Assembly: GCA_047285535.1 (NCBI GenBank) | Contig: JBJBDC010000001.1 | Location: 640,136 to 704,135, forward strand | Origin: Synechococcus sp. | GTDB lineage: Bacteria; Cyanobacteriota; Cyanobacteriia; PCC-6307; Cyanobiaceae | Reading direction: 5' to 3' | Length of the DNA stretch: 64,000 nucleotides | Shown: in pieces, positions 11,047 to 21,173 of the stretch | Layout of the letters: every line of letters starts with the position of its first letter | Position numbering within the stretch: the stretch's first letter is position 1 | Notes under the pieces: model-generated | Database searches by the model: none | What the model was told of the DNA's origin: nothing | Seen by the model: only the letters and a program-made list of their open reading frames with translations | Program-made: the position numbers and the translations under genes

Positions 11047-12126
11047 TTAATCACTCATACGCAAAGCCATTTTTAATACTCTCTCATGCTCCATTGATTT
11101 TGTACGGATGGACTCAAGCATCACCAGTGAAGGTGGCTTTAACAAGCATCGCCTCCATTGATTGAATAATGCTTCACGATCTGGCAGCTCATTTAAATCA
11201 GACCATGGCGCCCCTGCTGTTCTGGCTGCGGCCTCCACTTTTGGATCGTAGCTCAAGGCCGAAGTAGGACATTGACTAATCATCGACAAAATCAGAGCAT
11301 GCAATCGCATGGCGATGACCAAACTTGCCTCACAAAAAATTGCCTGCACATGTTGAATATCCTTTGCAATCACTGTTGATGATTGCTTGGCAAGTGTTTC
11401 TGTCACTAAACCTCTGGAACAAAGTGATGACAGTAAATCGACATCCTGTTGTCCATGAAAGGCTAACCATGTAACGCTCAAACCTGTTTCTTTGCACAGT
11501 TTGTCGACTGCCTGAAGCAAAATTGACCAACCTCTGTCGCTGAGTAAAGACGTTGGTCTCCAACACAACACAATATTCCCTCCTCCTTGATGAGGATGCA
11601 TTGGATAGTTCCAGACTGGATCTGGAGCCACTGACATTGATCTTTTTACTCCTAGCCATCGGGCCAAATCCATCGATGCATCATCTCTCCACGTGATGAA
11701 TGATGGATAATTCAGAGATCTGCGCACCAGAAAACGGCTGAATGAATGCTTCAATGGACCTAGTCCCTGTCCCCATAAAACCACTGTCTTTCGATTCACT
11801 CTTGCCGCTAGAATTACAATTAAGTAGTAAATAAGACTTCTGACACTGGTGCTGTCCTGTAGCAGACTACCTCCACCAAGTACAACCACTTGGACCTTGC
11901 TAATACTCCTTATAATTGTTTTGAGCGATCGTCTATTGACTACCACAGCATTGGGAACAATCCTACGAACAGCTTCTGAGTCATGGCCCGTAATCACCGG
12001 TTGCCATGTGCTTGGCAGTTGACGAATCAACACCTCTAAGAGGGCATCATCTCCAAGATTGTGTTCTCCGTAGTAACCGCAGAGCAGAACACGCCTTATC
12101 GGTGAAGCTTGAGCCAAGCCAGACAT
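11047..12126 (-). CDS. csaB: Polysaccharide pyruvyl transferase CsaB
   Basis: GYYGEHNLGDDA, GGGSLLQD, QGLGP, AMRLHALI and SYDPKV motifs. Confidence 0.9.
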   Translation of the reverse strand: MSGLAQASPIRRVLLCGYYGEHNLGDDALLEVLIRQLPSTWQPVITGHDSEAVRRIVPNAVVVNRRSLKTIIRSISKVQVVVLGGGSLLQDSTSVRSLIYYLIVILAARVNRKTVVLWGQGLGPLKHSFSRFLVRRSLNYPSFITWRDDASMDLARWLGVKRSMSVAPDPVWNYPMHPHQGGGNIVLCWRPTSLLSDRGWSILLQAVDKLCKETGLSVTWLAFHGQQDVDLLSSLCSRGLVTETLAKQSSTVIAKDIQHVQAIFCEASLVIAMRLHALILSMISQCPTSALSYDPKVEAAARTAGAPWSDLNELPDREALFNQWRRCLLKPPSLVMLESIRTKSMEHERVLKMALRMSD

Positions 12127-12174
12127 TCATCAGAACATGGATAGTCCCATTATCGTCGGCCTGCTACTCCTAGT

Positions 12175-12504
12175 TTGGATCCATCTTTTGATTCTGACGC
12201 TATGCATGACCTCTCGTTGGCAACATGGTGGATCCACGTGGCTTCGGTTTTCGAGTGGTTGTTAGCGATGGTTCTGATTGCTCAACGCGGTTTCCGTCAA
12301 TCTCAACTAAGCATGATCTGGCTTTCGGCGGCGATGATTCCAGCTCTTGTAAGTGCTATGGCCGCATGCACGTGGCATCTTTATGACAATTCCGAGAGTC
12401 TTCGCTGGCTTGTGACTCTTCAGGCTTCCACGACCCTTCTGGGAAACGTCACTTTGGCCATTGCAGCCTGGAATCTACAACGCGAATCTTTGGTGAAGAG
12501 TTGA
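12175..12504 (+). CDS. DUF2499/Ycf49-like membrane protein
   Basis: LSLATWWIHVASVFEW...AMAACTWHLYDN; the start may be the ATG at 12202. Confidence 0.8.
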   Translation: MDPSFDSDAMHDLSLATWWIHVASVFEWLLAMVLIAQRGFRQSQLSMIWLSAAMIPALVSAMAACTWHLYDNSESLRWLVTLQASTTLLGNVTLAIAAWNLQRESLVKS

Positions 12505-12830
12505 CAATGCATGTTGATCCGGCACCACTTTTTGCAATTTCACTACTCCCCTACCTTGCCTTTCTTCATTATCTGGGGCGAAGCCAACAACTTCCAAAAT
12601 TGACCGTTACTGGATTTCAACTCACCTTGCTTTTCGTTGCTGTGACCATCGCGGCTTCAGTGATAGCCGTAGTTCACTACCACTCTGAATTAGTTGCTGT
12701 GGATTGGCTGCACGGTGGTGCTGAGTCCTTTCTCACCTTGAGCAATGGCTGCATTGTGGTCGGTCTATTCAGAGCTAAATCGGATAAACCAGTAAATAAC
12801 TCTTACGAGGAGGAGTCCTTGGGGCGTTGA
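12501..12830 (+). CDS. DUF3593 membrane protein
   Basis: LFAISLLPYLAFL...GF.LTLLFVAVTI...VDWLHGGAESFLTLSN; usual partner of DUF2499. Confidence 0.8.
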   Translation: MTMHVDPAPLFAISLLPYLAFLHYLGRSQQLPKLTVTGFQLTLLFVAVTIAASVIAVVHYHSELVAVDWLHGGAESFLTLSNGCIVVGLFRAKSDKPVNNSYEEESLGR

Positions 12831-12863
12831 AATTGGAAGATAAGGTGTCGCTTGTTGCGCTGC

Positions 12864-13121
12864 ATGTTCACCCCTCTTCTCGCTATCGCCCCCGCCTCCG
12901 TCTCCTGGTCACCCAAAGTTGCCCTTGTGATGATCGTCTGCAACATCATCGCCATCGCGATTGGTAAAGCCACCATTAAGCATCAGGACGTGGGCCTCAA
13001 ATTGCCCAACCCCTCTTTCTTTGGTGGTATGAGCCACGCCAGCATGGTCGCAACCACGAGTCTGGGACACGTGATTGGAATTGGGGCCATTCAGGGGTTA
13101 GCAGCTCGAGGCGTTCTTTAA
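12864..13121 (+). CDS. psaK: Photosystem I subunit PsaK
   Basis: WSPKVALVMIVCNIIA...TTSLGHVIGIGAIQGL; two transmembrane helices. Confidence 0.95.
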   Translation: MFTPLLAIAPASVSWSPKVALVMIVCNIIAIAIGKATIKHQDVGLKLPNPSFFGGMSHASMVATTSLGHVIGIGAIQGLAARGVL

Positions 13122-13152
13122 GTTCAACCTCCTGGAATCAGAAGCTTCGCGA

Positions 13153-15096
13153 TCAGCCAGCTGAGGTCACCTCAGCTGGCATTTTTTGTTCGAGTTTGAG
13201 TGAGCCAGCTGTAGTCAGCACGAAATGATTCTTGATGCGCACCGCCATTTGATCAGGTGTCAAACCCAAAGCCTCAAAACTTTGTTGAGGTGTGGCGTGA
13301 TCAACCAGCTGGTCGGGAATTCCGATCCGGAGCATGGGCAGAGTTAGTCCTTTCTCCTGGAGTGATTCGAGAACGGCAGAGCCAAATCCACCCGCCAATG
13401 CTCCTTCCTCCATCGTGACGATCTTGCCGATCCGTTGCGCCATTGGATGAATCATCGCTTCGTCCAGTGGACGCAAATAACGCGCATTGATGACTGCAGC
13501 CTCCACGCCAACTGTTGACAAGCGTTCAGCAGTTGCCATGGCCTTTGGAACCATTGCGCCATAGGCAACGATCAAAACATCCTTTCCTTCACGTAGGACT
13601 TCTCCACAGCCGATAGGGAGTGCCTCCCAGCCTTCTTCCATGAGGGGAACCCCCTCTCCTGGGCCGCGAGGGATTCTTAGGGCAGTTGGCCCATCGTGAT
13701 TGAGACAAGTCACAAGCATCTGCTGAAGTTCTGCTTCATCCTTAGGAGCCATCACCGTGAAATTAGGAATCGCACGCATATAGCTGATGTCGTACTGTCC
13801 TTGGTGTGTCGGGCCATCGGCTCCGACGATTCCAGCCCGATCAAGAACAAAAGTCACGGGTAATTTTTGAATACCTACATCGTGAATGAGCTGATCGAAA
13901 GCACGTTGTAGAAAGGTGCTGTAGATGGCAACAACTGGTCTGAGTCCATTGCATGCCATTCCTGCGGATAAGGTCACGGCATGCTGCTCAGCAATGCCAA
14001 CATCGATGTATTGGTCTGGAAGAGCCTTTTGAAGAATGTCTAAACCGGTCCCTGTCGCCATAGCGGCTGTGATTCCTACAACGCGAGGATTCTGCTCGCA
14101 AAGTTTGACTAGAGTTTGGCCAAAGACCTTGCTATAGCTCGGTGGTTTAGGAGTTTTACTAGGTCTTGCTTTACCTGTACTGAGATTAAAGGCTGATTGA
14201 GCGTGATATCCGACTTGATCTTCTTCGGCATAGGGGTATCCCTTGCCCTTCTTGGTGACAACGTGAACCATGACAGGACCACCCTCACGATGAGCGGCCT
14301 GAAATGTGCGCGTCATCTCAGTAATGTCATGACCATCGATTGGCCCCATGTAGGTGAAACCAAGTTCTTCAAATACTGCACCAACTTTGGGGACTGCTAG
14401 TCGACGCATGCTTTCTTTGAGTCGATTGAGTTCTGGTGGTATCTCCCCACCCATAAATGGAAGATTGCGAACACTTTCCTCAACGCTTCCGGATAAGAAC
14501 TGGAGAGGAGGACTAAGACGCATCCGGTTGAGATAGGTCGAAAGCGCACCAACTGGTGGGGAAATCGACATGTCGTTGTCATTAAGCACAACGAGCAGTG
14601 GAGTGGTTGGCAAATGGCCAGCATGATTAATAGCCTCCAAGGCCATCCCTCCAGTCAGCGCACCGTCCCCAATCACAGCAACGCATTTGTAATCAAGGCC
14701 CAGACGATCACGCGCTATAGCCATCCCTAGGGCTGCCGAAATGGACGTGCTGGCATGCCCGGCGCCGAAATGATCAAATCGGCTTTCTGATCTCTTCAGG
14801 TATCCAGCAACCCCGCCTTGCTGACGCAAGGAGTCAAATCGTTCAAATCGTCCTGTAATTAACTTATGTGGATAGGCTTGATGCCCTACATCCCAGACGA
14901 CTTTGTCTTGATCGAGATCAAGGGTTTGATACAGAGCCAGAGTTAATTCGACGACACCTAATCCAGGACCAAGATGTCCGCCGCTATTGGACACCACTTC
15001 CAAATGGCGGTCTCTGATCTGTTGCGCAACCTCCTCAAGCTGCGCCAATGGCAGTCCTTGCAGCTGATTCGGATGGGTTATTTCGCTCAGATGCAT
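13153..15096 (-). CDS. dxs: 1-deoxy-D-xylulose-5-phosphate synthase
   Basis: [44 protein letters not shown]. Confidence 0.98.
   Translation of the reverse strand: MHLSEITHPNQLQGLPLAQLEEVAQQIRDRHLEVVSNSGGHLGPGLGVVELTLALYQTLDLDQDKVVWDVGHQAYPHKLITGRFERFDSLRQQGGVAGYLKRSESRFDHFGAGHASTSISAALGMAIARDRLGLDYKCVAVIGDGALTGGMALEAINHAGHLPTTPLLVVLNDNDMSISPPVGALSTYLNRMRLSPPLQFLSGSVEESVRNLPFMGGEIPPELNRLKESMRRLAVPKVGAVFEELGFTYMGPIDGHDITEMTRTFQAAHREGGPVMVHVVTKKGKGYPYAEEDQVGYHAQSAFNLSTGKARPSKTPKPPSYSKVFGQTLVKLCEQNPRVVGITAAMATGTGLDILQKALPDQYIDVGIAEQHAVTLSAGMACNGLRPVVAIYSTFLQRAFDQLIHDVGIQKLPVTFVLDRAGIVGADGPTHQGQYDISYMRAIPNFTVMAPKDEAELQQMLVTCLNHDGPTALRIPRGPGEGVPLMEEGWEALPIGCGEVLREGKDVLIVAYGAMVPKAMATAERLSTVGVEAAVINARYLRPLDEAMIHPMAQRIGKIVTMEEGALAGGFGSAVLESLQEKGLTLPMLRIGIPDQLVDHATPQQSFEALGLTPDQMAVRIKNHFVLTTAGSLKLEQKMPAEVTSAG
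13156..13187 (+). terminator. Intrinsic terminator for psaK, lying antisense within the dxs 3' end
   Basis: GCCAGCTGAGG-TCA-CCTCAGCTGGC perfect inverted repeat followed by ATTTTTT. Confidence 0.75.
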
Positions 15097-15175
15097 TCCC
15101 ATCTCTTGACCGATCTCTTCAATCTAGGGGCCCCACCGCCCCTTCGCGATCTTCTGGGGTTGTCAGACTGTCGAG

Positions 15176-16702
15176 ATGGATCATTACTTGCCAAGGATCC
15201 TGCGTGCCCGTGTCTATGACGTGGCCCGGGAAACCCCTTTAGAACTCACGAAAATTCTCAGCCGAAGGCTGAACAACAGCGTTTGGTTGAAACGGGAAGA
15301 CCTCCAACCTGTTTTTTCATTCAAGTTGCGAGGTGCCTACAACCGCATGGCTCAACTCTCGCAAACCGAGCTCAAACGCGGAGTGATCGCATCAAGTGCA
15401 GGTAACCATGCCCAAGGCGTCGCTCTCAGCGCAGCGCATCTCGGATGTAGGGCTGTGATCGTGATGCCCGTTACCACTCCTTGTGTCAAGGTCGATGCCG
15501 TTCGCCAGCTTGGAGCAGAGGTTGTGCTCCATGGTGAGACTTACGACGAGGCTTATGCAAAAGCCAGATCTCAAAGCGAAGCAGAAGATCTGTGTTTTAT
15601 CCATCCATTTGACGATCCAGAAGTCATCGCTGGACAGGGAACTGTTGGGATGGAAATTCTTCGTCAATGCCATCAACCTCCAGACGCGATCTACGTGGCC
15701 GTCGGTGGCGGTGGATTGATCGGGGGGATAGCTGCTTATGTGAAAAGTCTCTGGCCGGCTGTTCAGATCATCGGCGTTGAGCCCCATGATGCCGCAGCCA
15801 TGACCCTGTCCTTAGAGGCAGGTCAACGGATTCGCTTGCCACAGGTTGGGCTCTTCGCGGATGGTGTAGCGGTGCGAGAGGTAGGAGAACACACGTTTGA
15901 ATTGGCCAAGAAGTACGTCGATGACATCGTTACGGTCAGCACTGATGAAATCTGTGCCGCGATAAAGGATGTGTTTGAAGACACCCGATCAATTCTTGAA
16001 CCAGCTGGCGCCCTCGCTGTGGCTGGCCTCAAAACTGATGTAAGTCGGAGATCACTTGAAAATCAAAATCTTGTTGCCGTCGCCTGTGGCGCCAATATTA
16101 ATTTTGCTCGCTTGCGTTTCGTCGCGGAACGAGCCGAACTCGGTGAAGAGCGCGAAGCCATGCTCGCGGTAGAAATTCCAGAGCATCCAGGAAGTCTTCG
16201 GATGCTATGCGAATTACTGGCAAATCGCAGCCTCACTGAGTTCTCTTATCGCATGGGGGCTGGGGAGCAAGCTCACATTTTTATGGGTGTTCAGGTCAGC
16301 GGTCTCGATGACAGAACAGCCTTGATCTCACATCTCAAAACCCATGGCTATGCCTGCCTGGATCTCAGTAACGATGAACTCTCCAAGGTGCACCTTCGAC
16401 ACATGGTCGGAGGTCGGCTTCCAGCCAGCTCGTTTAAAAGTGATGCCAAAGAACTTCTTTATCGCTTTGAGTTTCCAGAGCGACCTGGAGCCTTGATGCG
16501 CTTTGTGACAGCCCTGCATCCTGAATGGAGCATCAGCATTTTCCACTACAGAAATCACGGCGCTGATGTTGGCAGGATCGTCGTTGGAGTTCTTGTGAGT
16601 GCCGACGACCTCAAGGAATGGCAATCGTTTCTTGATGATCTTGGTTACAGCAGTTGGGAAGAAACGAACAATCCCGCATATCAACTTTTCCTTGGTGGAT
16701 GA
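15176..16702 (+). CDS. ilvA: Threonine ammonia-lyase, biosynthetic
   Basis: KREDLQPVFSFKLRGA, SAGNHAQG, two C-terminal ACT-like domains (FPERPGAL, FHYRNHG). Confidence 0.97.
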   Translation: MDHYLPRILRARVYDVARETPLELTKILSRRLNNSVWLKREDLQPVFSFKLRGAYNRMAQLSQTELKRGVIASSAGNHAQGVALSAAHLGCRAVIVMPVTTPCVKVDAVRQLGAEVVLHGETYDEAYAKARSQSEAEDLCFIHPFDDPEVIAGQGTVGMEILRQCHQPPDAIYVAVGGGGLIGGIAAYVKSLWPAVQIIGVEPHDAAAMTLSLEAGQRIRLPQVGLFADGVAVREVGEHTFELAKKYVDDIVTVSTDEICAAIKDVFEDTRSILEPAGALAVAGLKTDVSRRSLENQNLVAVACGANINFARLRFVAERAELGEEREAMLAVEIPEHPGSLRMLCELLANRSLTEFSYRMGAGEQAHIFMGVQVSGLDDRTALISHLKTHGYACLDLSNDELSKVHLRHMVGGRLPASSFKSDAKELLYRFEFPERPGALMRFVTALHPEWSISIFHYRNHGADVGRIVVGVLVSADDLKEWQSFLDDLGYSSWEETNNPAYQLFLGG

Positions 16703-16765
16703 TTCGTAGTCACACATGGCCAAAACGGCCTTCAGCGGTAATTTGATGAAGGCTTTGAGGGGGCG

Positions 16766-17299
16766 GTGATGGCAGAACCATCAGAACGAAGCAACAATCC
16801 GGAGTTCAATCTCTCCCTTGTTGCTCGTCTAGAGGCAATCCTTTATTTAAAAGGCAAAGCCATGTCCCCTGCTGAACTTGCAGCGCTTGCCGACACGACT
16901 GAAAAGGAAACTGAGCAGGGCTTGTTAGCCCTAGCAGCCGGATACGCACAAAGAGACACGGCCCTAGAAATTCATGAGAACAGTGGTCGCTATAGCCTTC
17001 AACTAAGGGCTGGCCTCGGTGAACTTGTTCGTAACCTATTACCCGTCAACCTCTCAACAGCCACGCTGAGAACGCTCGCCACGATCGCTCTCAAAAGACG
17101 CATTCTGCAGTCGGAGCTTGTGGACTTACGGGGTTCAGGAGCCTATGACCACATCAAGGAACTTCTGAGTCAGAACTTCATTGAACGGAAACGGCAAAGC
17201 GAAGGGCGCTCGTATTGGCTCAGTCTTTCTGAAAAGTTTCACCGCACATTTTCCGTTCTTCCTGATCGGGGTAACTCAGAACCTGATCAGGCTGCATAA
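16766..17299 (+). CDS. scpB: SMC-Scp complex subunit ScpB
   Basis: LEAILY, LSTATLRTLATIA, DLRGS.AYDHIKEL. Confidence 0.9.
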   Translation: MMAEPSERSNNPEFNLSLVARLEAILYLKGKAMSPAELAALADTTEKETEQGLLALAAGYAQRDTALEIHENSGRYSLQLRAGLGELVRNLLPVNLSTATLRTLATIALKRRILQSELVDLRGSGAYDHIKELLSQNFIERKRQSEGRSYWLSLSEKFHRTFSVLPDRGNSEPDQAA

Positions 17300-17332
17300 A
17301 GTTCCTTCATTCCCCACAGTCGAGAACCACCA

Positions 17333-17635
17333 ATGGATTTGAGTTTTGTTTCCACCTTTCTCCAGATCATTGCGCAGACCTTGCAGATTTATTCCTTTGT
17401 CTTGATCGTGCGAGTCCTTCTCACCTGGTTCCCGAATGTGGATATGGGGAACCCAGTGCTCAGCACAGTGAGTTCGATCACTGACCCTTACCTCAATGCC
17501 TTTCGAGGACTGATTCCTCCTCTGGGAGGCCTGGATTTATCCGCAATTCTCGCTTTCATAGCCCTCAGCTTGATGCAGCAACTCTTGATGTCAGCCAGCT
17601 TTGCCTTTGCAGGTGGGTTTGTTAATTACGCCTAA
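17333..17635 (+). CDS. YggT/Ycf19 family membrane protein
   Basis: RVLLTWFPN...ITDPYLN.FR.LIPPLGGLDLS. Confidence 0.92.
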   Translation: MDLSFVSTFLQIIAQTLQIYSFVLIVRVLLTWFPNVDMGNPVLSTVSSITDPYLNAFRGLIPPLGGLDLSAILAFIALSLMQQLLMSASFAFAGGFVNYA

Positions 17636-17656
17636 GAAGGATGTAAGCCCATGAGC

Positions 17657-17986
17657 TCAGCGGTCATCACCACTCCCTTGCAATTGTCCACGATCTGAGC
17701 GATCACGCAGTTTCTTGAGGTTTTGAATGGCCACATCTTCCAGCTGATACCCAAGTTCACTGGCGAGTTGAGACACGTACCAGAGCACATCACCGAGCTC
17801 CAGTGCGATCTCAGCTCGCACCTCATCATCAAAGTGCCCGGCTCGATCGCGAATCACCTTCTTCACTTTATCTGCAACTTCCCCAGCCTCACCACTGAGA
17901 CCAAGGGTTGGATAGATCGGATTTTTTCCTGCATCTGGGTAGAGAGCGGTTCTTCGAGCTGCTACCTGATAACCATTGAGGTCCAT
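17657..17986 (-). CDS. MazG-like nucleotide pyrophosphohydrolase
   Basis: LGLSGEAGEVADKVKK...ELGDVLWY...NLKKL; start placed at MDLNGYQ. Confidence 0.88.
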   Translation of the reverse strand: MDLNGYQVAARRTALYPDAGKNPIYPTLGLSGEAGEVADKVKKVIRDRAGHFDDEVRAEIALELGDVLWYVSQLASELGYQLEDVAIQNLKKLRDRSDRGQLQGSGDDR

Positions 17987-18075
17987 ACAGTTCATGTGGA
18001 AGAGAGTCATCATTCAACAAGTTTTCGAGAGCCCATGGGCTAGACGGTAGATTCCGCAAGCTTCAAGTCCTGTGG

Positions 18076-19860
18076 ATGGCTCAGATCGATCTAAACCGTA
18101 GAACCAAGATCGTGGCCACCATCGGGCCCGCAACGGAAAGTCCTGAACGGATTCGAGAGTTGGTTCAAGCCGGCGCGACGACGTTTCGATTGAATTTTTC
18201 TCATGGTGATCACAGTGAGCACGCAGAAAGAATTGCCACCATCCGACAGGTGTCCCACGAACTGGGCGCTCACATTGGCATTCTCCAGGATCTACAGGGT
18301 CCGAAAATCCGATTAGGTCGATTCGAAGAAGGACCGATCACTCTTGCCAAGGGTGATCAATTCGCTCTGACTGCCAAGCAGGTGAGGTGTAACCAGACGA
18401 TTGCAACAGTGACTTACGACAAGCTGGCTGAAGAAGTCTCTGTAGGGAGTCGGATTCTCCTGGATGATGGACGTGTCGAGATGAAGGTTGAGCGTGTTGA
18501 CGCTGTTGACCAAACTCTTCACTGCTCAGTTTCAGTTGGTGGTGTTCTGTCGAACAACAAGGGCGTCAATTTTCCAGATGTGCAGCTTTCTGTAAGAGCA
18601 CTGACACAAAAGGATCGGCAGGATCTCGCCTTTGGCCTTCATCAAGGGGTGGACTGGGTAGCACTGAGCTTTGTCCGCAATCCCTCTGATATGCAAGAGA
18701 TCAGAGAATTGATCCGCAAGCATGGGCACAGCACACCTGTCGTCGCAAAAATCGAAAAATTTGAAGCGATCGATCAGATTGACGCGATTTTGCCACTTTG
18801 CGATGGGGTCATGGTTGCCCGTGGTGATCTAGGCGTCGAGATGCCTGCAGAAGAAGTTCCACTGTTGCAAAAAGATCTCATCCAAAAAGCGAACAGCCTT
18901 GGGATACCGATCATCACAGCTACCCAGATGCTTGACTCCATGGCCTCCAGCCCCAGACCGACTCGGGCTGAAGTGAGTGATGTAGCCAATGCAATTCTTG
19001 ATGGCACAGATGCGGTCATGCTTTCTAACGAGACAGCTGTTGGTGACTTCCCAGTTGAAGCAGTGGAAACAATGGCCACGATCGCCAGGAGGATCGAACG
19101 TGATTATCCTCAGCGTCCGATCGACAGCCATTTGCCCAGCACGATTCCAAATGCGATTAGTGGTGCGGTGAGCAGCATTGCTCGCCAGCTCAACGCTGCG
19201 GCAATTCTGCCCTTAACCAAAAGTGGCGCAACTGCTCACAACGTGAGTAAATTCAGACCCTCAACGCCGATCCTTGCCATCACCAGTGAAATCAGCGTGG
19301 CCCGCAAGCTTCAGTTGGTTTGGGGTGTTACACCTCTGTTGATTGAAACGCAGAAGAGCACCACCGCTACCTTCACTCTCGCCATGGGTTGTGCCCAAGA
19401 GATGGGTGTGCTTAACGATGGCGATCTCTGCGTGCAAACAGCTGGAACACTGGCAGGTGTCAGTGGATCTACAGATCTCATCAAAGTGGGCATTGTGAGT
19501 GCGGTCCTGGGCAGAGGCTCAGGGTTTGGAAGTGGATCAGTCAGCGGAAAGGTGCGCATTGCAATGTCTGCTAGTGATTGTGCCCGACTTGAGCCAGGGG
19601 ACATTCTTGTGGCTCGCGACACTTCAGCCGAATACTTAGATGGAATCCGCGATGCCGCTGCAGTGATCACCGAACAGCCTGGAGAGGACTCACATGCTGC
19701 CGTGATAGCGAAACGTCTTGGCGTACCGGTAATTACAGGTGTGGCCAATGCCACAAGTGATTTACGGGAAGGAGAAGTGGTGACCTTGCACGTGAAAGAT
19801 GGCGTTGTTCATCGTGGGACGAGCAGCAATCTCTCGATGAAATTAGACACCATGCTCTGA
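18076..19860 (+). CDS. pyk: Pyruvate kinase with C-terminal PEP-utilising mobile domain
   Basis: RTKIVATIGPA, RLNFSHG, DLQGPKIR, MVARGDLGVE, ATQMLDSM, plus SHAAVIA tail. Confidence 0.97.
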   Translation: MAQIDLNRRTKIVATIGPATESPERIRELVQAGATTFRLNFSHGDHSEHAERIATIRQVSHELGAHIGILQDLQGPKIRLGRFEEGPITLAKGDQFALTAKQVRCNQTIATVTYDKLAEEVSVGSRILLDDGRVEMKVERVDAVDQTLHCSVSVGGVLSNNKGVNFPDVQLSVRALTQKDRQDLAFGLHQGVDWVALSFVRNPSDMQEIRELIRKHGHSTPVVAKIEKFEAIDQIDAILPLCDGVMVARGDLGVEMPAEEVPLLQKDLIQKANSLGIPIITATQMLDSMASSPRPTRAEVSDVANAILDGTDAVMLSNETAVGDFPVEAVETMATIARRIERDYPQRPIDSHLPSTIPNAISGAVSSIARQLNAAAILPLTKSGATAHNVSKFRPSTPILAITSEISVARKLQLVWGVTPLLIETQKSTTATFTLAMGCAQEMGVLNDGDLCVQTAGTLAGVSGSTDLIKVGIVSAVLGRGSGFGSGSVSGKVRIAMSASDCARLEPGDILVARDTSAEYLDGIRDAAAVITEQPGEDSHAAVIAKRLGVPVITGVANATSDLREGEVVTLHVKDGVVHRGTSSNLSMKLDTML

Positions 19861-19878
19861 TTTAGGTCTTTTGCGTTC

Positions 19879-21108
19879 ATGGCCAGCAAGCTGCCTCTCT
19901 CCGACATCGTCGGTATGGCCCTCACCACCGTTAAGGCGAACCGACTACGAAGCTTTCTCACCATGTTGGGCATTGTGATTGGCAATGCCTCGGTCATCAC
20001 GCTCGTTGGTGTGGGGCGAGGAGCACAGAACCTTGCAGAGGATCAACTCAGCAGTCTTGGAGCGAACGTGTTGTTTGTGGTTCCTGGAACCAACGACACT
20101 CGTCGGCAAGGAGTTGCGTTTCCTCGGACACTGGTGCTTGAGGATGCCAAGGCGATTGCTCAACAAGTGCCGAGTGTCAAACGTGTTGCTCCTCAAATCA
20201 CAGCCAATGAAGTCGTTCAAGCTGGTGCCAGAAGCTCTAGTGCATCCATTTCAGGCATAACCCCTGATTTCTTGCCTGTTCGCAGTTATGAGGTCGCTCA
20301 AGGGCGGTTCATCAATGCAGAGGATGAAAAAAGTGCGAAGACCGTTGTAGTGATTGGTCCTGACCTGCGCGATAAATTGTTTCCCTCACGTTCAGCCGTT
20401 GGGCAGAGCATCCGAATCAGAGATCAAAGTTTCAAAGTGATTGGAGTGATGGAGCCAAAGGGCGCCGTCTTCGGTTCAAATCAAGATGAAAACGCCTACA
20501 TCCCACTGACAACAATGGTCTCTCGGCTCACAGGCCGTGATCCCACCTATGGAGTGAGTCTTAGCTTTATCAGCGTGGAAGCTCAGGATGAGCAAAGCAC
20601 TGGAGCCGCCAAATTTCAAATCACCAACTTGCTTCGGCAACGGCATCGCATCCTGCGTAAAGATGATTTTGCGGTCAGATCTCAGAAAGACGCCCTCACC
20701 ATCGTTGGCACAATCACCGGCGGGCTAACCCTGATGCTCGCTGCTATTGGAGGTGTGTCGCTACTGGTTGGTGGTATTGGAATCATGAATATCATGTTGG
20801 TATCGGTCAGTGAGAGGACGGAAGAAATAGGTCTGCGCAAAGCCCTGGGCGCACGCAGCTCGGACGTTCTTAGACAGTTTTTGGTCGAATCACTGGTTCT
20901 GGCGAGTCTTGGCGGTGTGATCGGTACAGCTCTTGGCCTTGGGACCGTTTCTGCAGTTGCCTTGTTGACTCCCTTACCAGCCACGATTGGCGTTTCAACG
21001 ATTGCGATCACCGTTGGGCTTTCTGGCTCAATAGGCCTGTTTTTCGGTGTCGTCCCTGCCAGACGAGCAGCAATGCTCGATCCGATCGTTGCCTTGAGAA
21101 GCCTGTAG
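19879..21108 (+). CDS. ABC transporter permease, MacB/FtsX family
   Basis: [52 protein letters not shown]. Confidence 0.9.
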   Translation: MASKLPLSDIVGMALTTVKANRLRSFLTMLGIVIGNASVITLVGVGRGAQNLAEDQLSSLGANVLFVVPGTNDTRRQGVAFPRTLVLEDAKAIAQQVPSVKRVAPQITANEVVQAGARSSSASISGITPDFLPVRSYEVAQGRFINAEDEKSAKTVVVIGPDLRDKLFPSRSAVGQSIRIRDQSFKVIGVMEPKGAVFGSNQDENAYIPLTTMVSRLTGRDPTYGVSLSFISVEAQDEQSTGAAKFQITNLLRQRHRILRKDDFAVRSQKDALTIVGTITGGLTLMLAAIGGVSLLVGGIGIMNIMLVSVSERTEEIGLRKALGARSSDVLRQFLVESLVLASLGGVIGTALGLGTVSAVALLTPLPATIGVSTIAITVGLSGSIGLFFGVVPARRAAMLDPIVALRSL

Positions 21109-21173
21109 TCAAGCCGCTGAAGCAACGGTTGAGCGGAGGAAACTCTTACAGTCTGTGCATTCTCAGTGAATCT

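Noticed and set aside
19500..19860. Extra C-terminal domain on pyruvate kinase
   Set aside because: The PEP-utilising mobile-domain fusion is a known feature of cyanobacterial and Bacillus Pyk.
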